This document shows positions 13,569-25,258 of a DNA stretch of 64,000 bases, in pieces; positions within the stretch are counted from its first letter, which is position 1, and each line of letters opens with the position of its first letter. The stretch covers positions 9,982,001 to 10,046,000 of the forward strand of contig OX597816.1 in the NCBI GenBank assembly GCA_951406725.2, written 5' to 3'. Under the pieces are notes generated by a model. That model made no database searches. It saw only the letters and a program-made list of their open reading frames with translations, and had not been told where the DNA came from. The translations under genes and the position numbers were made by a program. The stretch comes from Octopus vulgaris (lineage: Eukaryota).

Positions 13569-14169
13569 ATTTCTTTACTGCCCACAAGGGGCTAAACATA
13601 GAGGGGACAAACAAGGACAGACAAAGCGATCAAGTTGATTACATCGACCCCAGTGCGTAACTGGTACTTATTTAATCGACCCCGAAAGGATGAAAGGCAA
13701 AGTTGACCTCAGCGGAATTTGAACTCAGAACCTAAGGACAGATGAAATACCTATTTCTTTACTACCCACAAGGAGCTAAACGCAGAGGAGACAAACAAGG
13801 ACAGACAAACGGATTAAGTCGATTATATTGACCCCAGTGCGTGACTGGTACTTATTTAATTGACCCCAAAAGAATGAAAAGGCAAAGTCGACCTCGGTGG
13901 AATTTGAACTCAGAACGTAACTTCAGACGAAATACCTATTTCTTTACTACCCACAAGAGGCTAAACACAGAGGGGACAAACAAGGACAGACAAATGCATT
14001 AAGTCGATTATATCGACCCCAGTGCGTAACTGGTACTTAATTTATCGACCCTGAAAGGATGAAAGGCAAAGTTGACCTTGGCAGAATTTGAATTCAGAAC
14101 GTAATGGCAAATGAAATACCACTAAGTATTTCGCCTGGCATGCTAACGTTTCTGCCAGCTCACTGCCCT
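13569..14169 (-). mobile_element. SINE family B head-to-tail trimer
   Basis: Junctions at 13750/13751 and 13935/13936; 12 bp TSD CTGGAAGCCCTT (13557-13568 and 14170-14181). Confidence 0.9.
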
Positions 14170-14754
14170 CTGGAAGCCCTTCTTGCCAACCCCTTTACAT
14201 AAAGTACTGGATGCATTTCTTCATGGCACCAGTCTGTTGTTAATGCATTTAGAACAGTAATCTTGTGAGAAGATTCATTACATTCTTTTTATGTTTTATA
14301 TTGCAATTGGTGAACAATGATTCCTTTGGTTGATGGATTTTAATTAACCTATCAAGGGTTAGCTTCCTTTCTTCACCATCATCATAATGTCTACTTTCCA
14401 TAGGTTGAACAGAGTTCATTGAGACAAATTTTCTGCAACTGAATGCCTTTTCTGTTGCCAATCTTCATCTGTTTCCACCTCTTAGTCAGACATGTTTTCA
14501 CAGACTATTGGAAATAAATGATACTGCTTGTGTGACAGTGGTTCTTGTTTACAATTATCAAATTGTATCAAGACAAGGCAGTGTATACATATATGTATGG
14601 GGGTCATTTATCTTTTGCTTGTTTAAGTCATTAGATTGTGGCCATGCTGGGAAAATTGAACAATTTTTTTAGTCAAATGAATCAACCCCCAGTATTGTTT
14701 TTTAAGCCCGGTACTTACTCGCTTGGTCTCCTTTGTGAAACTGCTTTATGAAAC

Positions 14755-14792
<38 letters not shown>

Positions 14793-14794
<2 letters not shown>

Positions 14795-14989
14795 TGTTGA
14801 GACCAGTAAGAAACAATTATGAACTTTTTTATTACACTTAACTTTTTAAAATATTTTTGATAAGGTTTGTTTTTTCAAGAAGAACCGAAACATGTAAAAT
14901 TTCTAAGAAAATTAAAATTTATCTTATATAGTGGCGTTTTCAAACTTCTTTTTTACAAATATATACCCACTCGTATACAATCTACACTT

Positions 14990-14995
<6 letters not shown>
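14793..14995 (+). repeat. Penelope pLTR-like repeat with degenerate hammerhead-like units, inside (TA)n
   Basis: Near-identical to 48690-48850; contains TTGATAA-GGTT(C/T)...GAACC-GAAAC-ATGTA. Confidence 0.55.
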
Positions 14996-15045
<50 letters not shown>

Positions 15046-15165
15046 ATATATACATATACATGTATATATATACATATACACATGTATATATATACATATA
15101 CACATGTATATATATACATGTATATATATATACATATATACATGTATATATATATATACATATAC

Positions 15166-15305
15166 AGGAGTAAACACATAAATGTGAAACAAGGTGGAAA
15201 AAAGAGTACTCAAATACCAGGGGTAGAGTAATATGCTTTATTTAAAAGCAGCAGAAATTCAACAAAACCTGTTATTCGGAGTTTCTGCTGCTTTTAAATA
15301 AAGTT
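15166..15305. repeat. Short foldback element, same family as 39362-39581
   Basis: CTTTATTTAAAAGCAGCAGAAA...TTTCTGCTGCTTTTAAATAAAG; the flank aligns to the reverse complement of 39460-39581. Confidence 0.65.
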
Positions 15306-15403
15306 TATATACATATATATATATATGTATATATATACATATATATATGTATATATGTATATATATACATATATATATGTATATATATATACATATATAT
15401 ATG

Positions 15404-15451
<48 letters not shown>

Positions 15452-15673
15452 TAAATAAAACATATGCATATATATAAACATATATGTACGTACCTACCTG
15501 TACATGTATATATACACGCATATATGAGTACAAGACACCAAAAAAACGTCGAACACAATGAGAAACGAAAACATAGACACAAACTCAAGGAACTGGACAT
15601 TTTTTTGAATAACAAAAAAATAGAGTACAGGACAATTATCACTATACATATATATATATGTATATATACATAA

Positions 15674-16543
15674 TTTAACTCTTGCCACCCCAAACACATA
15701 AAAATTAATATACCTTTTAATCTAGCGAAATCAATCTGTACCATAGTTTCTGATACATATACTCGTGAACAAAGACTCCTTGAACTTAGATCAGCACTAA
15801 CTAAAAGACATTACCCAATCTCATTAATAAATGATGACATTAAAAGATCTAAGGAAATAGATATACAAATATTAAGGCAAGCCAGCCGAAATACTAAATC
15901 AAACTTAAAAATACTCCTGTACATTTCTACACATAACCCTAGAAACAACGAAGCCTTCAACATTATCACCCAAAATCTTCCCATCCTCACAGCAGCCAAA
16001 ACAATGAATGAAATTTTAAGCTCATACAAAATTATAAAAAGCAAAATGCAACCGAAGTCACTGAAAAAAATATTAACCAGCGCAAGACTATATCCACTAA
16101 CAACAGAGCCAAAAGTGAAAAAATGTGGTCGTCCTAACTGTGGAACATGCCCCCACCATTTGGAGGGTTCAGAATTCCACTTCAAACAAGGAGAAATATT
16201 TAAGAATAAATCAAATTTCACCTGCGCCTCAGAAAATCTAATCTAGCCCATGACATGTTTAGGATGTGGTAACCACTATATTGGACAATCAGGAATATCA
16301 CTCCGTCGAAGAACCACCATCCACAAAGAACAAATCCCCCACCCACAATACAGACAGTTAAAGGTTAGTGAACTCACGGAAAGGTGTGCCAGGAACCTTA
16401 ATCCTAATTTCCAAATCTTCCCCTTCTATCAATGTTCACAGAACACCTCAATGCAACAAAGGTTGAATAAAGAGCCAAGTTTCATCAATAAATATCTTCC
16501 GCAACTAAATATGAACACACAACTTAATACAGAACACCACTAA
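15674..16543 (+). pseudogene. 5'-truncated Penelope-like element ORF: RT thumb, Cys-rich linker and GIY-YIG endonuclease
   Basis: One frame FNSCHPKHIKINIPFNLAKSICTIVSD...KKCGRPNCGTCPH...FTCASENLI*PMTCLGCGNHYIGQSG..RRRTTIHKEQI; the single TAG at 16244-16246 sits at the expected Tyr of the GIY motif. Confidence 0.9.
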
Positions 16544-16689
16544 CCCCTATACGCTCCCTACACCATTCACATTACAATTCTATATCTAACCCAAGTGCTC
16601 TAAATCCAGAACTACTTACCTCCCTTACAAATAATCTTATTACTCAGAAACTATTAGACCTGACACCGTTCATTAGCCGGTGTTTATTT

Positions 16690-16729
16690 AAAGCAATGAA
16701 TAGCTTATGCCGAAACCATGGTATGCTTT
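16690..16729 (+). ncRNA. Degenerate type I hammerhead ribozyme in the PLE 3' region
   Basis: Stem I AAAGCA/TGCTTT, core ATGAATA (vs CTGANGA), G..C-GAAAC, palindromic stem III ACCATGGT, GTA triplet. Confidence 0.6.
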
Positions 16730-16934
16730 CTGACTCTTTAATCATCTCATAATAATGACTTTTATTACTACCTCAGTCCATTTAAATGTATATATCTGTT
16801 GTTACCTTTTATAAAAAGCCCTTTCTTTTTTTATTTACAACGTGCATTTTTGTTATTTTTCTTATTTTCCCCTTACATTTCCATGTATATTTTCTATTTT
16901 CTTTTTGTAACATATTTCTACTATATACATATGT

Positions 16935-17015
<81 letters not shown>

Positions 17016-17036
17016 TCCTTGTTTTTTTTTCTGTGT

Positions 17037-17077
17037 ATCTTTCTGCTGAAGAGCATAGGCTCGAAACGTAAAAGACT
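17037..17077 (+). ncRNA. Minimal hammerhead ribozyme motif (PLE-type)
   Basis: CTGAAGA(17046-52)-GCATAGGCTC-GAAAC-GTA, flanked by TCTTT/AAAGA. Confidence 0.55.
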
Positions 17078-17198
17078 TGTTCTATTTCTATTCCTGAGCG
17101 CCATACTAATACATTTGTTTGTTTGTACTCCACCTGCCTTCGTCTTTTGTTTATTTTCGTAAACCTTCCCGTTATATATGTGTGTATATATATATGTA

Positions 17199-17242
<44 letters not shown>

Positions 17243-17247
17243 TCTTT

Positions 17248-17521
17248 TAAAAGATGATTTAGTCAAGCTGAAATAGAACGAAATAAATAGAATTAAATTG
17301 AAAAAAATTAAATTGATCTTTTTCATAATTTCAGTTCTGGAACTTTCCATGTTTTCCTTCTAAAAATGTTACATGCTGCTAGTGCAACAATCATGTGAGT
17401 TTTTTTTTTTTTTTTTAAAGAAAAACGTGTGAACCTTCAGAATTGATATTATGAAAAAGATCAATTTTATTTATTTCAATCTATTTATCCTTTCATTTCA
17501 ACATAACTAAATCATATTTTT
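17248..17521. repeat. AT-rich foldback (MITE-like) element
   Basis: ~115 bp imperfect inverted arms sharing AAATTGATCTTTTTCATAAT and ATGATTTAGT. Confidence 0.65.
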
Positions 17522-17707
17522 GAAGCAATTGGTTTTGAGTGTGTGTGTGTGTGTGCACACACATGCATGTGCATGTTCCCATGCGTGTGCGTGAATCATG
17601 AATACTTATAGTTATCAACTATTGCTGTATTCTAAATACTCACAGCTTTCTGATGATTAGTTACATGAAGCCAAGTAACATTTTGTGAAGTATTTTTTCA
17701 GCTTCAA

Positions 17708-17747
<40 letters not shown>

Positions 17748-17752
<5 letters not shown>

Positions 17753-18078
17753 TCAGTGGTTAGAGCGTCGAGCTTACGATCGTGAGGTTGTGAGCTCGAA
17801 TCCCGGACTGGGCAGCGTGTTGTGTTCTTGAGCAAGGCACTTTATTTCACGTTGCTCCAGTTCACTCAGCTGTAGAAATGAGTTGCGACGTCACTGGTGC
17901 CAAGCTGTATCGACCTTTGTCTTTCCCTTGGACAACACTGGTGGCGTGGAGAGGGAGGCTGGTATGCATGGGCGACTGCTGGTCTTCCATAAACAACCTT
18001 GCCCGGACTTGTGTCTAGGAGGGTAACTTTCTAGGTGCAATCCCATGGTCATTCATGACCGAAGGGGGTCTTTACCTT

Positions 18079-18080
<2 letters not shown>
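17748..18080 (+). mobile_element. SINE family C: tRNA head plus CORE-like domain, inserted in (TA)n
   Basis: A-box TGGCTCAGTGG, B-box AGCTCGAATCC, CORE-like GTTCTTGAGCAAGGCACTTTATTTCAC..CTCAGCTGTAGAAATGAG, tail CTTTACCTTTA. Confidence 0.8.
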
Positions 18081-18109
<29 letters not shown>

Positions 18110-18122
18110 TGCTAATAAAAAT

Positions 18123-18645
18123 AACAAGGTAAAAGTTTATATTTTTCATTTACTTCGACAATTGCTATAAAATCGTGGTTTTGGCCGTGTTGTCTGCTAT
18201 TTCTAGCATGTAAAAATTACCTGTTAAAGGGTAATTTTCTTTTGTGTTTAAATGTACATTATTTTTAAGTATATATATATATATATATATGATTCTAGCA
18301 ATTCCAGATGATTAATTTGGCATCTTTTCATTTGCTGCTGACTGAAACCGCGCTTGCATGTTGAATTTGAAAAATTATAAAATATAATGATGAGACACGT
18401 GTTATTTTGTCTCTAAATTATATGTTAAGGTTTTGGTGTAGCCACTGATGAAAACTCCACCAAGGAAGTTATATTATTTGCTAATTGGAATTTGAAACCT
18501 AGATATGGGTGTAAAAAAAAAACAAGGTAAAAGTTTTTATTTTTCATTCCCTTCGAAATTGCTCTTAAATGTAGTTTTGGTTGATTTGACTGCTCCTTCT
18601 AGCATGTAAGGCTGCCTGTGAAAGGTCGCCTCTGTTGTATTTAAA
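18123..18645 (+). repeat. Partial-tandem ~398 bp unit carrying hammerhead motifs (retrozyme/pLTR-like)
   Basis: Diverged direct repeat AACAAGGTAAAAGTTT...TCTAGCATGTAA at 18123 and 18521; hammerhead at 18440-18510. Confidence 0.6.
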
Positions 18646-19039
18646 AATATATACATATATATATATATATGTACACGCACACACACACACACATAGAGTG
18701 AGAGATTACATCACAGCTAATAAACATTTTCTTCTGAAATATTTGTAGTCTCTGGAGGGAGACATTTTCAACTTTCCTTATAACCTGGCTGTTTTAGCAT
18801 AGACAAAGTGATAATGATGAAACAGTTATTCAATTAATAAACTGCTTCTGTGTATTACATATAAAATTAATTTTGATCTGGGAGTCACTGCTATGCTTAA
18901 TTATTCAGTTGTTTTAGTTCTTTATTACGAGGTACGCCAGACAAGAGAGAACTATTTAATACACAAGGGACAAACAAAGACACCAAATAGAAAATTTAAA
19001 AAAAGAACATCATATTCCCCAGAAAGTAGCTCATACATT

Positions 19040-19480
19040 CAAGTACAAACATCAAAGAAATATATTATTCAACAAAACTGTCCTCAACACCCAATGTTGG
19101 CCTGATGCAGCAATGGAATCCACAACTTGTCAGGGTCAGGTGGCCTCTGTGTACACTACCCTACTATACCTGCATCAACTGGCCCTAATGAGTATTGGTT
19201 TTGAAAATCCTCTGATCAGTCCTATCTTCAATGTTCCCTTCAGATGTGGCAGTCCAGAAGATTGAAATCAGAGGGGCCGGCAGTCACATGGTACATGCTT
19301 ATCTTGGGTCTTGATGGATGTGAAGTACATGTCTTCTTTACATAGGACTTGTACTTGATGTTCTCATGCATCAAATACCTCAAAGTGGACTCCCTTCATC
19401 TTGAGATATTGAGTAACGTCCCAGGACTTCCATGCATTTGTCACTGATGTGTCAGATTGAATGGCCCTGCATATATTGAG
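19040..19480 (-). mobile_element. Highly decayed Tc1/mariner transposase fragment
   Basis: Minus-strand remnants QDEGSP and SDFNLLDCHI* (cf. QQDGAPAH, SPDLNPLDY.VW). Confidence 0.45.
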
Positions 19481-19641
19481 TCTGACAAAATTAGTTAGAA
19501 AGAATGTTTTATGGGTGGATTATCATAGGGGTAACATTTGAACTCTAAATAAAACTATGTTTTTGTGTAGATCTCTGAATTGCAATGGGTTTACAACATT
19601 AAGGTACAACACAACAGTGTTACAATATTTCTGCTGGTGTA

Positions 19642-19853
19642 AGGCGGCAAGCTGACAGAAACGTTAGCACGCCAGGTGAAATGCTTAGCAGTATTTTGTT
19701 TGTCTGTATGTTCTGAGTTCAAATTCTGCTGAGGTCAACTTTGCCTTTCATCCTTTCAGGGTTGATAAATTAAGTACCAGTTGTGTACTGGGCCAATCTA
19801 ATTGACTGACCTCCTCCCCAAAAATTTTGGGCCATGTACCTAGAGTAGAAAAG
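19642..19853 (+). mobile_element. SINE family B variant with TSD
   Basis: 17 bp TSD AATATTTCTGCTGGTGT (19624-19640 and 19854-19870). Confidence 0.85.
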
Positions 19854-21212
19854 AATATTTCTGCTGGTGTTTGGAACAACATAGAACTTTGATGAAACAT
19901 TTTAATTTAAATTGTTTTATAACATGAAGTGTTATAGAACCAGAGCCAGGCTCAGGTGGGTTAATTGAAGCAAATGTCTTTGGTGCCTGTATTTTTTTTA
20001 TGCTGTGAAAGAAATAAGGGAGTCATCAAGAGTGATGGTCACTTTTATTTTAGTAATACTGGACAAAAAGCATTAAAGTTACCACAACAGAAACCTGTTT
20101 ACTTTCACTAAGATTCTATTAACTACCTGCTTTTGTTGAATGTGTGCGTAGTTGAGTTAAGACATGCATTTATTTGTATGTATTTGTATCTATAGCCCTC
20201 TGTGTGTGTGTTTGTATGCATGCATGTATGTATGTATGCCTACCTACCTGCATGCATGCATGTATGCAATTTATGATCAACAGAGCTGAAAATGGATAAC
20301 AGAGTACATTAGAGAAATGCATATACCTGTGTGTTGATTTGTATATATACATGCATACATACTCAAACATGCACACATGTACATACACACACACACACAC
20401 ACACACATACACTCACACACACACTACTTTATATTAGATATGTATATATGCATATATACATAGACAGACGCATACGTCTACACACATGCACACACACATC
20501 TATAGGTGTGAAAAACTATATGTACATGCACAAGACCTAATTAGATTGAACAGCCCCTGATACATAGACTACTTGCATATGATGAAATGCACGCGCACAT
20601 GCACATACACGCATACATATCCTACACACATGCACACACACACACACACACATACATACACATATATATATGTAGCCATGCTCATATATTTTTTAATCTA
20701 CTGAAAAAAATTAGATTCATAGTCTGGAAAATCAAATTTGGTAACTTCATTGTAAACAGGCAGTAGAAAGAAATTAGATTGTGTTTACTCCCTAAAGAAC
20801 TTACTTTATATAATTTAAAATGACACTTTGTAAATAATTAAACAATCAGAAATTGTTAATTGCATTTTCCCATCTATAAAGTGTAAGTAAAGCTAGTAGC
20901 ACATTGCAAAATCTCTACTGAACTAAAACGAACTATATAGCAAATACATTTTCCGATTTCTAGTTCACATTTCCACGTTGTTAAATCTGTTTTAAAACAT
21001 GAATATTTTGCTGTTACATGATCTGTGTGTAGTGCTCCGAATTTTTTTTTTGTTTGTTTTGTTCTGTTTAGTTGCTTCATCTTGTTCAAGATGGAAGTCA
21101 AAATTTATCACCACCATAGTCTTCTTGTCATCTTCAACATAGGAGTCTCACAGACATTGAGAGTTAAATCTCATGACATACAAGCATACACTGTTGACAT
21201 AACTTCATATTG

Positions 21213-21418
21213 TTGTTGTTGTTAAGCAACAAGACGGGTAAGGGTGATTAGGTGATGGTCTAGGGCTTAGGGACGTGAGACCCCAGACCTTGGGAAAAAA
21301 AAAAAACTTTGGTCGTCTTGTTGTAGTCAAGGGCCCTTCGTTGACGCCCGACACCACTTTGAGGTGGTCCTCAAAGTCACTGGAAATGGAGATCTCCAGG
21401 TCCAATTTCTTGGATGGC
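21213..21418 (-). mobile_element. 5'-truncated retroposed insertion with (ACA)n tail
   Basis: 13 bp TSD TAACTTCATATTG (21200-21212 and 21419-21431); GC-richer insert ending in CAACAACAA on the minus strand. Confidence 0.7.
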
Positions 21419-22128
21419 TAACTTCATATTGGAAGGAGTACTTCTAAGTGTTTTGATCCCTTTATCATCATCATCATTATCATCATCATAATGTCCACAT
21501 TTTCATGCTTGCATAAGTCAGATGGAATTCATTGAGTCAGGTTTTCTACTCCTGGATGCCCTTCCTGTTGCCAGATTATTACCTGTTTCCAAGGTAACAA
21601 AAATTCGTTGTGTTTTGATAACACCGAGAGCCACAGAGGGTTCCACGATATGAACCAACTCAAAGAAAAGAAAGAACGGATAAGCTATATCTTAATCTTT
21701 AATCCTTTAATTGTTTCAGTTATTTGACTCTGGCCATGCTGGGTACTTCAAGAATATTTAGTCGAATGATTCAACCCCAGTACTTCCTTTTCTTTCTGAA
21801 GCCTATTGGTGTCTTTTGCCAAACTGCTAAGTTATCCACACCTGTTACAAGCAGTGTTGGGACACACACACACACACACACATGCAGGTGAATTTATGGA
21901 GGAATGACAGTGTTGGGCCCTAATGTAAGAAAAAATGTTAATGACGGCTACATGTTTGATGATGATGATGTGTTTGTGTAAGTGGGAGACAGAGGGGGGG
22001 AGAAAGAGAGAGAGAGAGATTGGATAATGAAGAGATGAGCAATGGTAATTCTAGGTGATAACCCCATCCCTAAGTTTTATGTCAATAATGATTGTTCCCA
22101 TCAGAAAAGATGTCTATCTAATTAATTA

Positions 22129-22443
22129 AAATTCTTGTTAATCGTAAATGGTAGCCACTTTACTATAAAGTTTTCATGCAGCAGGAGTCCCTGAGTAATT
22201 TCCATTCCCCCAGTCACCCTGGAAAATATAATTGAAATTCTTGTTAATCGTAAATGGTAGTCACTTTACTATAAAGTTTTCATGCAGCAGGAGTCCCTGT
22301 GTAATTTCGATTCCCCCAGTCACTCTGGAAAATATAATTGAAATTCTTGTTAATCGTAAATGGTAGCCACTTTACTATTAAGTTTTCATGCAGCAGGAGT
22401 CCCTGAGTGATTTCCGTTCCCCCAGTCACTCTGGAAAATATAA
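22129..22443. repeat. Tandem repeat, 106 bp x 3
   Basis: ATTCTTGTTAATCGTAAATGG recurs at 22131, 22237 and 22343; copies differ at a few sites. Confidence 0.95.
22386..22430 (-). CDS. Candidate terminal coding exon SDWGNGNHSGTPAA* (paralogous copies 22280-22324 and 22174-22218)
   Basis: Minus-strand acceptor TATATTTTCCAG then 14 codons and TGA; no recognised homology. Confidence 0.2.
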   Translation of the reverse strand, partial: SDWGNGNHSGTPAA

Positions 22444-22884
22444 TACATTTGGTCTCCATCATACATTTATGACCTTCAACTGTAGTCTTTCAGATGTGAA
22501 TGAACAGAAAATGTTTTCTGAAATTCATTTCAAACTATTTAACACAACCCGAATGCATGTCTCAACAGGATAAGACTTAAAACCATAATGACAGCATGAC
22601 TGCATTAAGCTATTGATCTGAGGTATTTAATACAGTTTTATAATTGATTTTGTCATATGAAATGCACACCAATAATGGCATACAATTGTTGACCCTTTTC
22701 CCATTAGAGCTGGTTACCTAGCAACTGAGTCACTCAGTTGCAACAGTGTTTAGCACAGGTGGGTGCTAAACGTTGATTCAAATGAACAAACATGTTTCCA
22801 TGATAAACAGAATGTTTTCAGCCAGAATAATATTTTCATATGAATTAGCTAAAACTATATAGAAAAGAGTTTAACATCTTTTAT

Positions 22885-23295
22885 AGGCGTAGGAGTGGCT
22901 GTGTGGTAAGTAGCTTGTTTACCAACCACATGGTTCCGGGTTCAGTCCCACTGTGTGGCACTTTGGGCAAGTGTCTTCTACTATAGCTATAGCCTCAGGT
23001 CGACCAAAGCCTTGTGAGTGGATTTGGTAGATGGAAACTGAAAGAAGCCCGTCGTATATATGTATATATGTGCAAGTGTATATGTTTGTATGTCTGTGTT
23101 TGTCCCCCCAACCTCGCTTGACAACCGATGCTAGTGTGTTTACGTCCCCGCAACTTAGCGGTTCGGCAAAAGAGAACAATAGAATAAGTACTGGGCTTAC
23201 AAAGAATAAGTCCTGGGGTCGTTTACTCGACTAAAGGCGTTGCTCCAGCATGGCCACAGTCAAATGACTGAAACAAGTAAAAGAGCAAAAAGAGT
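22885..23295 (+). mobile_element. SINE family A, full length
   Basis: GGCGTAGGAGTGGCTGTGTGGTAAGTAGC head through ACAAGTAAAAGAGCAAAAGAG tail. Confidence 0.9.
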
Positions 23296-23703
23296 GTCCA
23301 TTATATGATGGGTAACTTTGGAAGTGTATTTTTTGCTACAATGGGTAATGTCAGGAAATTAGCATACATAAATCAATTATAATTTAACTTTAATTTCAAA
23401 TCTTTTGGAGTTTATACAAAATTATGAAAAGAATACTAATTTTTGAAAAAATGTTTATTTCCTTAAAATAAAATATGATAAAATAGATTTCTCATTGTAT
23501 AATTCCTTCCATGATTATTGTCATCTTCTACCTTTCTTTTTACTTCTTTTCTGCATGATTTTTCATTGTGTGGTATGAAGCTTGCCACCAAGCCTAGTAT
23601 GTGCACTCCTTTTGCACCTCTTATGTTAACTCTCTCTCTCTGATGTAAAGTGTGACTTGAGAAGTCAGTCAACTAATCAACAAAAGTTTCACATTGGCTG
23701 TTA

Positions 23704-24100
23704 TTCATCATCATTATCATTTAACATCCGTTTTCCATGCTAGCATGGGTTTGATGATTTGACTGAGGACTGGCAAGCCAGGAGGCTTCACCAGGCTCCA
23801 ATCTGATCTGGCAAAGTTTCTACAGCTGGATTCCCTTCCTAACGCCAACCACTCTGAGGGTGTGGTGGGTGCTTTTTATGTGCCACTCACACAAGGAGCC
23901 AGTCAGGCGGCACTGGCATTGACTCACACTCAAATTGTGCCACCAGCATGGTGGCACAATTTCTGCAGCTGGATGCCCTTCCTAATGACAACCACTCCAA
24001 GAGTGTAGTGGTTGCTTTTTACGTGCCATAGGTATGGGGACCAGTCAGGCAGCACTAGCATGGACCACACTTGATTGGTAACATTTACATGTCACTGGCA
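23704..24100 (-). mobile_element. Family D element with internal duplication
   Basis: (CAT)n tail; body segment CAGCTGGATGCCCTTCCTAA present twice. Confidence 0.8.
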
Positions 24101-24196
24101 CATATACATTCATTCTTAATGCATTCTGGTAGATTTAAATGTAAATTTGTTAATCACTGTTGTATTTTGCCTTTGAAGAACAACTTTTCCTTGCAG

Positions 24197-24382
24197 ATGG
24201 TTTGTGTTGGCAACATCAACAACACTCTTCATTCTTTGACATTTGGAGACGTTGAGACACCAGTGTTTCAACTTGGTCATGTCTCTTCAGTCAAAGTTAT
24301 TCCTGTATCAGTGAAACAAAACAAGAAAAGTGATGCTTGTTTATGGACTTTGGCAAATAAATTGCTTACTGATGTATACTGA
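24197..24382 (+). CDS. Candidate terminal exon ending ...WTLANKLLTDVY*
   Basis: Strong acceptor ACTTTTCCTTGCAG then 61 open codons in non-repetitive sequence; no recognised homologue. Confidence 0.2.
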   Translation: MVCVGNINNTLHSLTFGDVETPVFQLGHVSSVKVIPVSVKQNKKSDACLWTLANKLLTDVY

Positions 24383-24802
24383 AGTCTGCCAAATTAGTAA
24401 TAAATTATCACATGCATATGGAAAAGTGAGATTCAAACAATGATGGACATATAGTAAAGATTATTTGCCAATTTAACATGGCTAGGACGAATGTTGCTGT
24501 AATTTAGCCCCAGGAAACATCATCTCCAGCTGGCTATACTACACGATCTGTGTCCTTGCATTTTCGAACAAGGGAATCTAACACCCCCATTCAGCTCAAA
24601 ACAATATCTGTGTATCACAATTTCTAGTTTATTTCTCCTTCATTAGTATAAAATAATTGTTCAGCTAGAGGTACTGCTGCCAAATTCCCGTTGGAAATAT
24701 ATAGACGGGGGACTGCCATGTTATGTTGGCAAACAATCTTTACTACAAAGTACTGTTGCTGAATATCTCATGTTGATATGTTCATTTTTATACTGGCAGA
24801 TT

Positions 24803-25258
24803 TCATCATCATCATCGTTTAATGTCCGCTTTCCATGCTAGCATGGGTTGGTCGATTTTGACTGAGGGCTGATGAACCAGATGGCTGTACCAGGCTCCAA
24901 TCTTGATCTGGCAGAGTTTCTACAGCTGGATGCCCTTCCTAACGCCAGCCACTCCGAGAGTGTAGTGGGTGCTTTTTACGTGCCACCAGCACGGAGGCCA
25001 GTCAGACGGTACTGGCACTGACGTCGCTTGAATCTGTTTTACACATGCCACCGGCACTGGTGCCAGTAAGGCGACGCTGGTAACGATCACGCTCGAATGG
25101 TGCCCTTTTACGTGCCACCGGCATGGAAGCCAGTTAGTAGCTCTGGCGACGATCGCGCTCAGATGGTGCTCTTGGCACCCTACTAACACGGGCACAAGTG
25201 CCAGTAAGGTGACACTGGTAACGATCACACTCGAATGGTGCCCTTTTATGTGCCACTG
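24803..25258 (-). mobile_element. Family D element with 4-5 tandem ~65 bp monomers
   Basis: Repeated GGTGC(C)TTTTACGTGCCACC..GCCAGT..CTGG units upstream of the common body. Confidence 0.85.

Noticed and set aside
16244-16246. Programmed readthrough or selenocysteine in the PLE ORF
   Set aside because: The codon is TAG at a Tyr position, most simply a point mutation
17748-17815. tRNA gene
   Set aside because: A and B boxes run straight into a CORE-like SINE body with no acceptor stem or terminator; the same applies to family A and B heads
22129-22443. 106 bp repeat as a CRISPR array
   Set aside because: Whole units are repeated with no unique spacers
24960-25258. CRISPR-like repeat-spacer appearance of family D monomers
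   Set aside because: The apparent spacers are homologous to each other, the units are part of a dispersed eukaryotic retroelement, and there are no cas genes
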